Shown one piece after another: positions 45,716 to 54,963 of a stretch of DNA of 64,000 bases. Origin of the DNA: Deltaproteobacteria bacterium (GTDB taxonomy: Bacteria > Myxococcota > Kuafuiibacteriia > Kuafuiibacteriales > Kuafuiibacteriaceae); the NCBI GenBank assembly GCA_040218735.1, contig JAVJQW010000062.1, forward strand, positions 1 to 64,000, given 5' to 3'. The notes below the pieces were generated by a model that ran no database searches, was not told where the DNA came from, and saw only the letters and a list, made by a program, of their open reading frames with translations. Each line of letters begins with the position of its first letter. The first letter of the stretch is position 1. The position numbers were made by a program, and so were the translations under genes.

Positions 45716-47821
45716 CTACGGCGCCGGAGGCACCGCGAGGAGCCGCTCCGCTTCCTCGATGTTGAGGCGCGCGGCCGCCTCGTCGCCGTTCAGCAACGCG
45801 TCCGCGGCCGAGTTCGTGTACTGCCACACGGTGTTCGGGATCGGGCGCTGGTTCGCCTGGCGCTGTTTGATCTCGGCGCTTATCGCTCCGTACCGACTCC
45901 GCAAGTCAGCTTGCGCCCGGTCGCCCGACTTGATCTTCGCGACCACCGTCCCGATACCGATGCCCACGGCGATCGCGAACAAGAGCAGCCCGGCGAGCAG
46001 CATGAGGTTCCGGCTCGCCGAGGAGTTGCGTTTTTGGGGGCGAGCCTTCTGCGCGCTGCCCGTCGCGCGCGACGGGCGCTGCGGCGTCGCCACCGGCGCC
46101 GGGGCGCTCACCCGCGCCTTCGCGCGCGGCGCCGACGGTTCACTCTTCGACTTCTTCTCCTGAATCGCGCGCGGCGCGGAGCGTGAAGGCCGGAACGTCG
46201 GATCCAAGGCCCCGTCCTCGGGCCCCGGCGACGACGACGAACCCACCGGCTTCACGATCACCGAGTCCGGGTTGCTGCGACGCTGACGCGCCGAAGTGCC
46301 GCCGTTGGGCGGGATGGAGCCGTTGGTCTTCGCGGGGGCGCTCGGCAACGCCAGCGCGGGGCCGCTCGCGGGATCCGGGTTCGTGATGCCGCCCGGCGCG
46401 AACGAATCGAGGTTCTTCGCGAAGCCCGCACCGCGATCGATGAAGCCGGGGAGCTGCGTCTCCGCGTCGCCGTCGGACGTGTCGATGTCGAGCAGGCCGA
46501 CGTTCTTGCCGGTGGTCGGGAGCGGCGCGTCGAGGCCCAGGTCCGGGAACATCGAGACGGCGCGGGTCGGCATCCCGTCGTCGTCCTCGTCGAGCTCCGA
46601 GACGTGCGCGACGTTCGCGGCCATCGTCACGTCGCTGGGGCCGGTGCCCTCGCCGTCGAACGTCGGCGCCGGGCGCCCGCCGATCTGCGCGACGGCGGAG
46701 TGAATCTCGTCCTCCACCAGGTCGAGCTCGGTGCCCTGGTGTTCGTCGAACACCGCCGTCTCGAGGTCCTTCGGCCCCTCCAACCGCGACCCAGCGCGCG
46801 GGCGCGCGAGCACCACGGTGCCCTCCGACTGGACGACGTACTCCTCGATGTCGATCTGCACGATGCGATCGCGCTCCTCGAGCTCCTCACCCTTCTCCGC
46901 TTCGAACAGCTTGCCGAGCCAGTGCCCGACCGCCGTCCGCGGCACGAGGAGGCCCGCGTTGCGCGCGTCGTTGGTGAGCTGCGCGAGCAGCTTCGCCGCG
47001 TCCTGCGGGCGCCGCGACGGGTCCTTGTCGAGGAGCCGGTGCACGAACGACACGAGCCACGGCGGCAGGTCCGGCCGCAGATCCGACAGCGGCCGCACCG
47101 TCTCCGAGAGCACCTTCAGCAGCACCTCGGCGGTCGTGCCCTGGTGCGGCGCGACGCCCGTGAGGAACCGGTACATCACTGCGCCGAGGCCATACAGATC
47201 CGACGCGGGCGACGCCGGCTCGCCGCGGATGACCTCCGGTGCGAGGTAGTGCGGCGTCCCGAGGATCTCGCCGTGGTTGGTCAGGTTGCTGCCCTCGGTG
47301 AGCAGCGACTTCGCCAGCCCGAAGTCGGCGACCCGCGCGATCCCGTCGTAGCCGACCAGCACATTCCCGGGCGTGACGTCGCGGTGCACCAGCTTCAGTG
47401 GCTTGCCGTCGGGCTCCCGGACGCCGTGCACGTAGCCCAGCCCCGCGAGTGTATCGATCAGGAGGCGAATCGCGACCGCCGCGGGTCCGCCCTGCCCGCG
47501 CTCGCGCAGCCGGTCCGCGACGATGCCGGTGTCCTTGCCCATCACGAGCACCGACGCGACGTACAGCTGCCCCTCGACCGAGCCGACGTCGAGGGTCCCG
47601 ACGACGTGCTGGTGCGACAGGCGCACCGCGAGCTCCGATTCGTGCTGAAAGCGCTCGGCGAACGTGGGGACACGCGCCACATCCGGCCGCAGCCGCTTCA
47701 CGGCCGCGAGCGGGTTTTCGTCCCACGGGGTGCGGGCGATGAAGACTTCGCCCATCCCCCCACGGCCGAGTGTTCGGACGATCAGGAACGGCCCGAAGCG
47801 ATGGAGGCTCGGATCCAACAC
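45716..47821 (-). CDS. Membrane-anchored Hanks-type Ser/Thr protein kinase
   Basis: GRGGMGEV, AVKRL, HRDVTPGN, ADFGLAK, GTPHYLAPE, SDLYGLG; acidic linker and TM segment near the C-terminus. Confidence 0.95.
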   Translation of the reverse strand: MLDPSLHRFGPFLIVRTLGRGGMGEVFIARTPWDENPLAAVKRLRPDVARVPTFAERFQHESELAVRLSHQHVVGTLDVGSVEGQLYVASVLVMGKDTGIVADRLRERGQGGPAAVAIRLLIDTLAGLGYVHGVREPDGKPLKLVHRDVTPGNVLVGYDGIARVADFGLAKSLLTEGSNLTNHGEILGTPHYLAPEVIRGEPASPASDLYGLGAVMYRFLTGVAPHQGTTAEVLLKVLSETVRPLSDLRPDLPPWLVSFVHRLLDKDPSRRPQDAAKLLAQLTNDARNAGLLVPRTAVGHWLGKLFEAEKGEELEERDRIVQIDIEEYVVQSEGTVVLARPRAGSRLEGPKDLETAVFDEHQGTELDLVEDEIHSAVAQIGGRPAPTFDGEGTGPSDVTMAANVAHVSELDEDDDGMPTRAVSMFPDLGLDAPLPTTGKNVGLLDIDTSDGDAETQLPGFIDRGAGFAKNLDSFAPGGITNPDPASGPALALPSAPAKTNGSIPPNGGTSARQRRSNPDSVIVKPVGSSSSPGPEDGALDPTFRPSRSAPRAIQEKKSKSEPSAPRAKARVSAPAPVATPQRPSRATGSAQKARPQKRNSSASRNLMLLAGLLLFAIAVGIGIGTVVAKIKSGDRAQADLRSRYGAISAEIKQRQANQRPIPNTVWQYTNSAADALLNGDEAAARLNIEEAERLLAVPPAP

Positions 47822-47869
47822 GAGGGAAAGCTCACGGGGAGTCTAGTGTAGTCCCCTCGGCGACTCCAC

Positions 47870-48598
47870 TCATTGGATCGCTTCGTCGCGCTCCTGGTTC
47901 CACATCGCCCACTGCAGGTCTGCACCGGCGTCCGTGAAGTCCTCGGCGGGCGCGATCTCACCCAGCGCCGTGACCTTCACCTGCTTCATCGCGGTCGCGA
48001 TGACCTCTTCCCACTGCTTCTTGTCGATGCGGGAAGGGCCCGCCACCTGCGTCCGCGCGCGGCGACGGTACGGGTTCTCGTTCTTCTTCACGCCGACAGT
48101 GCCGGTGTAGACCTTCACGAGGCTCGACAGGTCGGTGTTCGCGACGACGGTGAACGACGTCCCGCGTACCCCTGCGACGGCATTGTCGGTCTGGACCTCG
48201 AACTTGCTGCCGCCCGACATGCGCTTCGCGACCTTCGCCCACAGGCGTCCCACCCAGACCCGAACCGAGACGGTGCGCTGCTTGCCCTTCATCCGAGCCT
48301 GCGACAACGCGAGCGTGGTCTTCTCGTCCACGCGGATCCGCGAACCGTCGCCGAGCTTCAGCTCCAGCCGCGCGTCCGCCGCGGTGCGCACCGCGGCGCC
48401 CTCCGCGAGCTTCGCGCCCTTCTTCAGCGCCTTCCACGGCGCCTTCGCCGCGATCTGGCCGTCCTTCGTGTGTTTCGCCGCGTTGGGCAGATACTCCGTC
48501 TTGCCCTTCGCGTACGTCACCTTCGTCGGCGCCGCCGCCGCGACCTGAGCCGTCAGGAGCAGCGCCAACGCCGCCCCCGCTGCCATGACGCTCCGCAT
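47870..48598 (-). CDS. Secreted FecR-domain protein
   Basis: Signal peptide; VRTAADARLELKLGDGSRIRV, GRLWAKV, FEVQTDNAVAGVRGTSF. Confidence 0.88.
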   Translation of the reverse strand: MRSVMAAGAALALLLTAQVAAAAPTKVTYAKGKTEYLPNAAKHTKDGQIAAKAPWKALKKGAKLAEGAAVRTAADARLELKLGDGSRIRVDEKTTLALSQARMKGKQRTVSVRVWVGRLWAKVAKRMSGGSKFEVQTDNAVAGVRGTSFTVVANTDLSSLVKVYTGTVGVKKNENPYRRRARTQVAGPSRIDKKQWEEVIATAMKQVKVTALGEIAPAEDFTDAGADLQWAMWNQERDEAIQ

Positions 48599-48603
48599 CG
48601 AAG

Positions 48604-49776
48604 TCACCGCTTCAGCGCGACGACGACCTTCGAGCGCGTCACGTCCTCGACCTCGACGGAGAATCCTTCGAACGTCTTGTTCTCCAGGTCGTACCCGAAG
48701 TCCGACGCCCGCGCGCGTACGCGTACCGCGAGGTACGCGCTGCCGCCCTTGCGACGGCGCACCCGCACGGACTCGACGCCGCGCACCTGCTCCTTGATGA
48801 CCTTCTGGAGCTTGCGCACCATCGACGACGACTTCGCGCCGCGCGCCACGAGCTCGATGTCCCGCGCGCTGGCGGCTTCGGCCGTCCACTTGGTGAGGAT
48901 CTTCTTCTCGAGGTCCGCGGAGATCTTCTTGCCGAGCGCCTTGATCGCGAGGCGCCCGCCCATGTTCGGGTCGATGTGCGGCGCCACGCCGGTGTCTTCC
49001 TTCACCGCGATGATCTCGCCGGTGTCGATCGACAGCACACGCAGGTTGCCGACCGCGTGGAACGAGTGCATCCGCACCCCGTCCATCACCGGCCCCGCGT
49101 CACTCACGAGGACCTGGCCGACGATCGCGATGTCGGCGTCCGCATCGCGCCCGAGGGTCACGGCCATGTTGTTGTCCACGCCGGGTTTGCGCATCGCGCC
49201 CTGCACCTGGAGCTTGTCGGAGAGGAGCGCCGGGTCGATGAACTTGTAGCCGCGCGGCTGCCACTGCTCGATCAGCGCGGTCTGCATGAGGCCCATGTCG
49301 GAGACGAAGCCCGAGTTGCCCCACCAGTACGAAAAGCCCTTCGAGCCTACGTTCTGCTCCGCGATCATCACGATCACGCGCGGCTTGGTCGCGAAGATCT
49401 GCTCGAGGTCCTCGGCGACACGCGCGGTGTCGACCGTCGCCTCGATCTTCACGTGGTAGACGCCCTCTTCCTTGTACTCCGCGATGATCTTGTAGTTCTT
49501 CACGAAGCCGCTGGCGCGGGCGTAGATCTTGTCTTCGACCAGCTGGAAGTTCTCGGTGATGCTCTGCGCCGAGACCTGCGTCCCGGCGACCTGCTCCACG
49601 GCCTTCCGCTTGGCGTCGTCGAGCGCGCGGTCGCGCGCCGTCGCGATGTCGTCGTTGATGACCGCCGCGACGCCCTCGACCTTGATCGTCTGCGTCTCGG
49701 CGCTCGCGGCCGGCGCAGCGATCGTCACCGCCGCCGCCGCCAGGATCGGAATCACGAACCCTCGGTGCTCCTGCAT
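48604..49776 (-). CDS. FlgT N-terminal-domain-containing secreted protein
   Basis: Signal peptide; VEGVAAV...ARDRALDDAKRKAVEQVAG.QVSAQS...ASGFVKNY; CAGGAG RBS before ATG 49776. Confidence 0.8.
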   Translation of the reverse strand: MQEHRGFVIPILAAAAVTIAAPAASAETQTIKVEGVAAVINDDIATARDRALDDAKRKAVEQVAGTQVSAQSITENFQLVEDKIYARASGFVKNYKIIAEYKEEGVYHVKIEATVDTARVAEDLEQIFATKPRVIVMIAEQNVGSKGFSYWWGNSGFVSDMGLMQTALIEQWQPRGYKFIDPALLSDKLQVQGAMRKPGVDNNMAVTLGRDADADIAIVGQVLVSDAGPVMDGVRMHSFHAVGNLRVLSIDTGEIIAVKEDTGVAPHIDPNMGGRLAIKALGKKISADLEKKILTKWTAEAASARDIELVARGAKSSSMVRKLQKVIKEQVRGVESVRVRRRKGGSAYLAVRVRARASDFGYDLENKTFEGFSVEVEDVTRSKVVVALKR

Positions 49777-49793
49777 GCTGTACTCCTGTTTCC

Positions 49794-50609
49794 TCACGGT
49801 CCGTCCGTCACGATGACGACCCGCGCCTCCGCGAGGAACGTCTGGTTCACGTTGCGAAGCGCCGCGGCGTCCTCACCCGAGATCTGGATGTCCGACGCCA
49901 CCTCGCCGAGCGCCGACGCCTTCACGACGAGCGGGCTCTTGCCGACGAGCTGGTTCTGCTTCGCTTCGTCCACCGTGCGCGCGTAGGACGCGGTCCCGCG
50001 CTGCCGGAGCACGCTCGGCCCGACCATCGCGGCCTCGTAGACGGGCTCGCCCTTGTCGTCGAGGACCCGCGGCTTGAGGGCCGGCTTCGCCGTGGTGCCC
50101 ACCGCGTCGATGATGAGACCCGTGTACTTGGCCTCACCGTCCATCTTGACCTTCTTGTAGGACTTCACGGGCGACAGGGTCGTCGCGAGCCCACCGTCGA
50201 GCGCGCAACGCACCACGACGTCCACGCCGCCGTCCGAGTAGTAACGGGTGTCGACCGTCTTGCAGCCGCGCAAGATCCCTTGCACCTGCGCGCGGACCTG
50301 CGCGTTCTCCAGCGCTTTCGACCCCGGCTCGCCCGCCGTGATCTTCACGCCCTTGAGCGCCTCGAGCACGTTCCGATACGCGTCGACCTTGGCGGCGCGC
50401 TCGGCGTTGAGCCGCACCGCGGCCACGTTCTCCAGCTTGAGGTTGGGCGCCCCCGAGCCGGTGGCGACGACGGTCTTCGTCGTCCAGTTCACCTCACCGT
50501 GCTCGAGCTTTTCGACGATGGGGTCGTCCGCCGCGGCGGCGACCGACGACAGACCGAGAATGACCAGCGCGGGGATCCAACCCACACGCGCGCAACGAAC
50601 GTCCGACAT
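49794..50609 (-). CDS. LPP20-like secreted protein
   Basis: Signal peptide; GEVNWT...ATGSG...AERAAKVDAYRNVLE..KGVKI, YTGLIIDA...PALKPRV. It is the 3' part of the track's 859-aa ORF. Confidence 0.75.
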   Translation of the reverse strand: MSDVRCARVGWIPALVILGLSSVAAAADDPIVEKLEHGEVNWTTKTVVATGSGAPNLKLENVAAVRLNAERAAKVDAYRNVLEALKGVKITAGEPGSKALENAQVRAQVQGILRGCKTVDTRYYSDGGVDVVVRCALDGGLATTLSPVKSYKKVKMDGEAKYTGLIIDAVGTTAKPALKPRVLDDKGEPVYEAAMVGPSVLRQRGTASYARTVDEAKQNQLVGKSPLVVKASALGEVASDIQISGEDAAALRNVNQTFLAEARVVIVTDGP

Positions 50610-50741
50610 ACCTTGAAAGACTTCCCCTCCGGGTCCTTGGGACGTGGACCCATGGGAGAAATTCACCGGGTATGCGTTTTTTTTCGACCCCGGCCGCAAC
50701 CACTGGAAATCTCCCGGTTTCGTGGCATCCTTCCCCACGCG

Positions 50742-52451
50742 ATGGTGCTCCCCCGCGAGGTCTTTCTCCGCCACCACGACGGCGCCGCCGTCGGGCCGCT
50801 CCTGACGCGAGACCTCGAAGTCCTCTTCGACAGCCGCGTCGTCGACGAGGGGACGTGGGTCTCGCACGACGGCACCGCCTTCAAGACGCTCCGCGAGTGG
50901 CCGGAGCTCCTCGCGCGCCTGCTCGAGGTCAAGGAGATGCTCGGCATCGGCGGCGACCCTTGGGCCAACGCCGAAGACCTCGATAGCGGCCCGCGCACGG
51001 CGGCCGACGACGACGCGAGCCTCCTCCGCGTCCTCCTCGACACCGCCATCAGCAAGGCCAGCGGACACCTGATGCTCGAGGACGGCGACGGCAAGCTCAC
51101 CGTCACCTTCAAGGACGGGAAGGTCGGCACCATCGACACCGACATCCCCGCGCTGTCGCTCGAGTCCTACCTCCTCAAACACAAGATCTGCGACGCCGAC
51201 GCCATCGCGACCGGCAAGGAGCGCGCGCCCGCGATGGGCGGCGACCTCGGCGCCGCGCTGATCTCCACCGGCGCCGTGCAACCGCACGAGTGGTTCGAGA
51301 AGCTCGTCGCCTGGGCGTACGAGACCCTCGCGAGCGCGGTGAGCCGCGAATTCGACCGACGCAGCTTCGAAGCCGCCGACGTCCCCGCCCCCCCGGTGCC
51401 GCTCGGGATGGACCGGCTCGGCGTCTCGTTCGAGCTCGTCCGGCGCCTCGAAAACGCGCGCCTGGTCGAGCTCGTCGAAGCGTCCGGCGGGTGCCCGGTG
51501 ATCCCGTCGCAGGTGGAGGGGGTCACGATCGAGGACACCAAACCCAAGCCGCGCGAGCTCCGCGTCCTCAACGCGATCGACGGCGTGAAGACGGTCGACG
51601 AGCTCCTCGAAGCCAACGGAGGCGACGAGAAGGCCACGCGCTGGGTTCGCCAGGCCATCTACTACGCGGTGCGGACGGGCTTCGCCGTGCTCGGCGAGGA
51701 CCCGCGCCTCAAGAAGGAGCGGGAGGAAGCCGTCGCGCTCCTCGAGAAGTACGAGCGCATGCGCGAGCAGACGATGTTCGACCTCCTCAACGTCACGGAG
51801 AAGTCGACCGACGAGGAGGTCCGCGCCCGGTACACCGAGTACGCGAAGCTGTACCACCCCGACACGTTGCGCTCGAACGCCGCCGAGGAGCTGCTCGAAG
51901 CGCGCAAGCGAGTCTTCGAGCTGATCGGCGAGGCATTCGAGGCCGTCGACACCGAGGACAAACGCTTTCAGTACGCGCACGACCTCGAGCAGGGGCTCGT
52001 CGGCTCCAGCCAGGACCTTCAGAAGGTGCAAGACGCCTTGCAGTCGGAGACGCTGTTCAAGAAGGCGGAGATCCTGCTGCGCGTGAAGAAGTACAAGGAG
52101 GCGTTGCAGCACATCGAACAGGCGATTCAGCTCAACGACGACGACATCGAGTTCAAGGTCCTCCGTTCGTACATCGTCTACCTCGACGCGGCGAAACAGG
52201 GGGACGCCGTCCCGGCCGCGACCGCCGCGATCAAACACATCCTCGCGTTGATGAAGAACAACGCGAACATTGCGAGCGGCTACCTCTACCTCGGCCACCT
52301 CAACAAGGTCGTCGACAAGGGCCCGCTCGCGATCAAGTACTTCGAGAAGGTCCTCGAGTACGACGAGAACCATCCGGAGGCGCTCCGCGAGGTCCGCATC
52401 GCGCGTCTGCGCGAGAGCAAGAAGAAGAAGAAGAAACGTTGGCCGCTCTGA
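50742..52451 (+). CDS. Multidomain J-domain protein (GYF_2-like, DUF4388-like, J domain, TPR)
   Basis: N-terminal VGP...WVSHDG..F..L..WPEL; FDLLNV...YAKLYHPD; TPR-like helices; KKKKKKR tail. Confidence 0.85.
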   Translation: MVLPREVFLRHHDGAAVGPLLTRDLEVLFDSRVVDEGTWVSHDGTAFKTLREWPELLARLLEVKEMLGIGGDPWANAEDLDSGPRTAADDDASLLRVLLDTAISKASGHLMLEDGDGKLTVTFKDGKVGTIDTDIPALSLESYLLKHKICDADAIATGKERAPAMGGDLGAALISTGAVQPHEWFEKLVAWAYETLASAVSREFDRRSFEAADVPAPPVPLGMDRLGVSFELVRRLENARLVELVEASGGCPVIPSQVEGVTIEDTKPKPRELRVLNAIDGVKTVDELLEANGGDEKATRWVRQAIYYAVRTGFAVLGEDPRLKKEREEAVALLEKYERMREQTMFDLLNVTEKSTDEEVRARYTEYAKLYHPDTLRSNAAEELLEARKRVFELIGEAFEAVDTEDKRFQYAHDLEQGLVGSSQDLQKVQDALQSETLFKKAEILLRVKKYKEALQHIEQAIQLNDDDIEFKVLRSYIVYLDAAKQGDAVPAATAAIKHILALMKNNANIASGYLYLGHLNKVVDKGPLAIKYFEKVLEYDENHPEALREVRIARLRESKKKKKKRWPL

Positions 52452-53041
52452 GGGTCGCGGCCGTCGCCCTCACCGCGTTCGCCTCGACGGGCTGTACGGA
52501 CTGGCGTGAGAAGGTGCGGCCGGGCCTCGCTTCCGGCCCGGTCCAGACCCCCGTGGAGGCCGTGCCCTCCGCGCTGCAGTTCGGCGCGACGAAGGCTTCG
52601 CTGCTCGCGCGTGCGCACTACGAGACGACCGCGTGGGTCGTCGCCGTCGACGACGACTTCGACGATGGCCTCGAAGAGGTGATGCCGCTCGACGTCGCGC
52701 TCGCGTGGGGGCCCCTCGGCAACCCGGACATCCTCGAGACGATGTCGTTCCACCTCGCGCGGCGGTACGTCTCCGCGCGATGGGACGGTGAGATGCCGCT
52801 CGCGAACGACGTCGTGATGCAGCACCTCTCGAACCACCACCTCGTGTTCTCCAGCGAGGCCCTGCGCGCGCAGCTCGAAGACGTCGAGCCGGGAGAGCTG
52901 CTCGAGCTCGAGGGGCACCTCGTCGACATCGACCTCGGGCACCGAAAGGTCCGCACCAGCCTCAGCCGCAAGGACAAGGGTAACGGCGCGTGTGAGGTGC
53001 TCTTCGTCGAGCGCGCCGTGCGCTCGCGCCCCGGTCACTGA
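52439..53041 (+). CDS. Hypothetical lipoprotein
   Basis: TTG start overlapping the J-protein stop, STGC lipobox, PLDVALAWG, SNHHLV, GHLVD, TSLSRKDKGNGACEV. Confidence 0.7.
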   Translation: MAALRVAAVALTAFASTGCTDWREKVRPGLASGPVQTPVEAVPSALQFGATKASLLARAHYETTAWVVAVDDDFDDGLEEVMPLDVALAWGPLGNPDILETMSFHLARRYVSARWDGEMPLANDVVMQHLSNHHLVFSSEALRAQLEDVEPGELLELEGHLVDIDLGHRKVRTSLSRKDKGNGACEVLFVERAVRSRPGH

Positions 53042-53415
53042 ACGTCGGCGAGCACCCGGGTGTCGGTGAACTGATCGAAGCGAACGATGCGCCCGTCCTC
53101 CACGCGGTAGGCGTGCGCGAAGGGGACCTCCACGGTCCGCCCGGCACCGTCGACGAGCACGTAGCGCCCCAGCGCGACGACGCGATCCCCGTCGGCGACC
53201 AGCTCGTCGACCCGCGCCGCGAAGTCCTTCCACCGGCGGCGGTTCCCGCGCAGCACCCCCTCCAGCACCTCGGCGCGCCCCCGGCGCACGTCGCCACCGG
53301 GGAATCCGGCCATCTGGGCCCAGACGACCTCGGAGTGCAGGAGCGCTTCGATCTTCGGTTCGTCACGCGCGGCGAACGCCTCGTACAGGTGGCTCACGAT
53401 GTCTCGATTCGTCAT
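53035..53415 (-). CDS. SnoaL-like/NTF2 family protein
   Basis: IVSHLYEAFAARD, VVW...FPGGDV, GDRVVALGRY, FAHAYRVEDGRIVRFDQFTDT. Confidence 0.88.
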   Translation of the reverse strand: MTNRDIVSHLYEAFAARDEPKIEALLHSEVVWAQMAGFPGGDVRRGRAEVLEGVLRGNRRRWKDFAARVDELVADGDRVVALGRYVLVDGAGRTVEVPFAHAYRVEDGRIVRFDQFTDTRVLADVQ

Positions 53416-53484
53416 GCAAGGTAGCTTGCGCCCCGGCGCGGCGATCGACACGTGCCGAGTCGGCAAGGCGGGGTTGCGTTTAGC

Positions 53485-54390
53485 TCAAGTGACGGCGCGA
53501 GCGACTTGCGTGCGCAGCCACCGGTGGGCCGGGTCGTTTCGGAAGATCTCGTGCCAGCCCATGCTCATCGTGAAGCCCCGAATCTCGACAGGCGCGCGGA
53601 GCACACGCAGGGGGTGGTTCGCCGCGAGGTACCGCCCCCACCGCCTCGGCACGGCGGCGACGCGCGCGGTGCCGACGAGGAGGTGAGGCACCATCAGGAA
53701 CGACGTCGCGAGCACCGACACCCGACGCGTCACCTCGAGCTCGGCGAGCGCGTCGTCGACCACCCCGCCCCGCTCGCCGCGCGGCGCGACCAACACATGA
53801 TCGAGCGCCGCGTACCCCTTCGGCGTGAGGCGACGAGCGGGGTGGTCGGCCGCCACGAGACACACGTAGTCCTCGGCGTACAACGGGGTCCACACCACGC
53901 CCGCGCTGGACGTGTGTCGCGGGTAGATCGACAGATCCAGCGTCCCGGCGTCGAGCTCGCGGTCGGTGCGCGGGCTGCGGTGGTGCAGCTCGATCTCCAC
54001 GTGCGGCGCTTCGTCGGCGAACCGCGCGATCATCGGTCCGAGCAAGGCGGCTTGCACGTAGTCGACGCCGGCGATCCGAAAACGGCGGTCGGAGGTCGCC
54101 GGGTCGAACGTCGGCGCGCTCGTAACCAGGCGCTCGACCTCCGCGAGGAGCTGCGCGAGCGGCGCGGCGAGCGCCTCCGCCCGCTGCGTCGGCGTCAGCC
54201 CGCGGCCGGTGCGCACGAACAGCTCGTCGTCGAGCAGGACCCGGAGACGCGCGAGCGCACGGCTCACTCCGGACGGCGTCTGGTTCAAACGACGCGCAGC
54301 CGACGTGACACCCCCCTCTTCGAGCAGCGCGGAGAGCACGACGAGGAGGTTGAGGTCGATTCCGGAGAGTTGCGCCATCCGCAACATCAT
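53485..54390 (-). CDS. LysR-family transcriptional regulator (NodD/MexT-like)
   Basis: IDLNLLVVL.ALLEEGGVTSAARRLNQTPSGVSRALARLR..DDELFVR, FDPATS, DPAHRWLR; start 54378-54390. Confidence 0.93.
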   Translation of the reverse strand: MMLRMAQLSGIDLNLLVVLSALLEEGGVTSAARRLNQTPSGVSRALARLRVLLDDELFVRTGRGLTPTQRAEALAAPLAQLLAEVERLVTSAPTFDPATSDRRFRIAGVDYVQAALLGPMIARFADEAPHVEIELHHRSPRTDRELDAGTLDLSIYPRHTSSAGVVWTPLYAEDYVCLVAADHPARRLTPKGYAALDHVLVAPRGERGGVVDDALAELEVTRRVSVLATSFLMVPHLLVGTARVAAVPRRWGRYLAANHPLRVLRAPVEIRGFTMSMGWHEIFRNDPAHRWLRTQVARAVT

Positions 54391-54426
54391 CGGACTACCC
54401 TTGCGTCTGCAGCAACACTCGACACG

Positions 54427-54963
54427 ATGCCCGCACCGACCGATGCTGTGTCCATGCCCTGGTACCGCGGCCCCGAGACCGAGCGCCTCATCCTCCGCGC
54501 CGCGACCGTGGACGACGCGCCCGCGCTGTACGTGATGAACAGCGACCCCGAGGTCATGCGTTACACCGGCGAGCCCATGCCCGCGTCGGTCGACGTGATG
54601 CGAAAGATGATCGCCGACTACCCGGACTTCGAACGCCACGGCTACGGCCGCTGGGTGTGCGAGGAGAAGGCGACCGGCGAGGTCATCGGCTTCGCGGGGC
54701 TCAAGTACCTCGAAGACTTCGGCGAGGTCGACGTGGGCTACCGCCTCCGCCGCACCTGGTGGGGCCGCGGCCTCGCGACGGAGGCGGCGCGCGCGTGCCT
54801 CGACTTCGGGTTCGAGGCGATCGGCCTCGAAGAGATCGTGGCGTTCGTCGAGCCGGAGAACGCCGCGTCCGTGCGCGTCGCCGAGAAGCTCGGGATGCAG
54901 CTCGCCGGCCCCTTCGACTACGACGGCACCCCGTGCCTGCGCTACGTGCGGCGGCGGCGCTAG
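54427..54963 (+). CDS. GNAT (RimJ/RimL-type) N-acetyltransferase
   Basis: ETERLILR, VDVGYRL...WWGRGLATEAA, NAASVRVAEKLGM; start 54427 or 54454. Confidence 0.92.
   Translation: MPAPTDAVSMPWYRGPETERLILRAATVDDAPALYVMNSDPEVMRYTGEPMPASVDVMRKMIADYPDFERHGYGRWVCEEKATGEVIGFAGLKYLEDFGEVDVGYRLRRTWWGRGLATEAARACLDFGFEAIGLEEIVAFVEPENAASVRVAEKLGMQLAGPFDYDGTPCLRYVRRRR

Noticed and set aside
48604-49776. Evidence for a flagellar gene cluster
   Set aside because: Only an FlgT_N-like domain is present, with no other flagellar genes in the window; the domain also occurs outside flagellar systems.
49794-52373. 859-aa ORF as a single protein
   Set aside because: The upstream part is antisense to the J-domain gene; the real gene starts near 50609 with a signal peptide.
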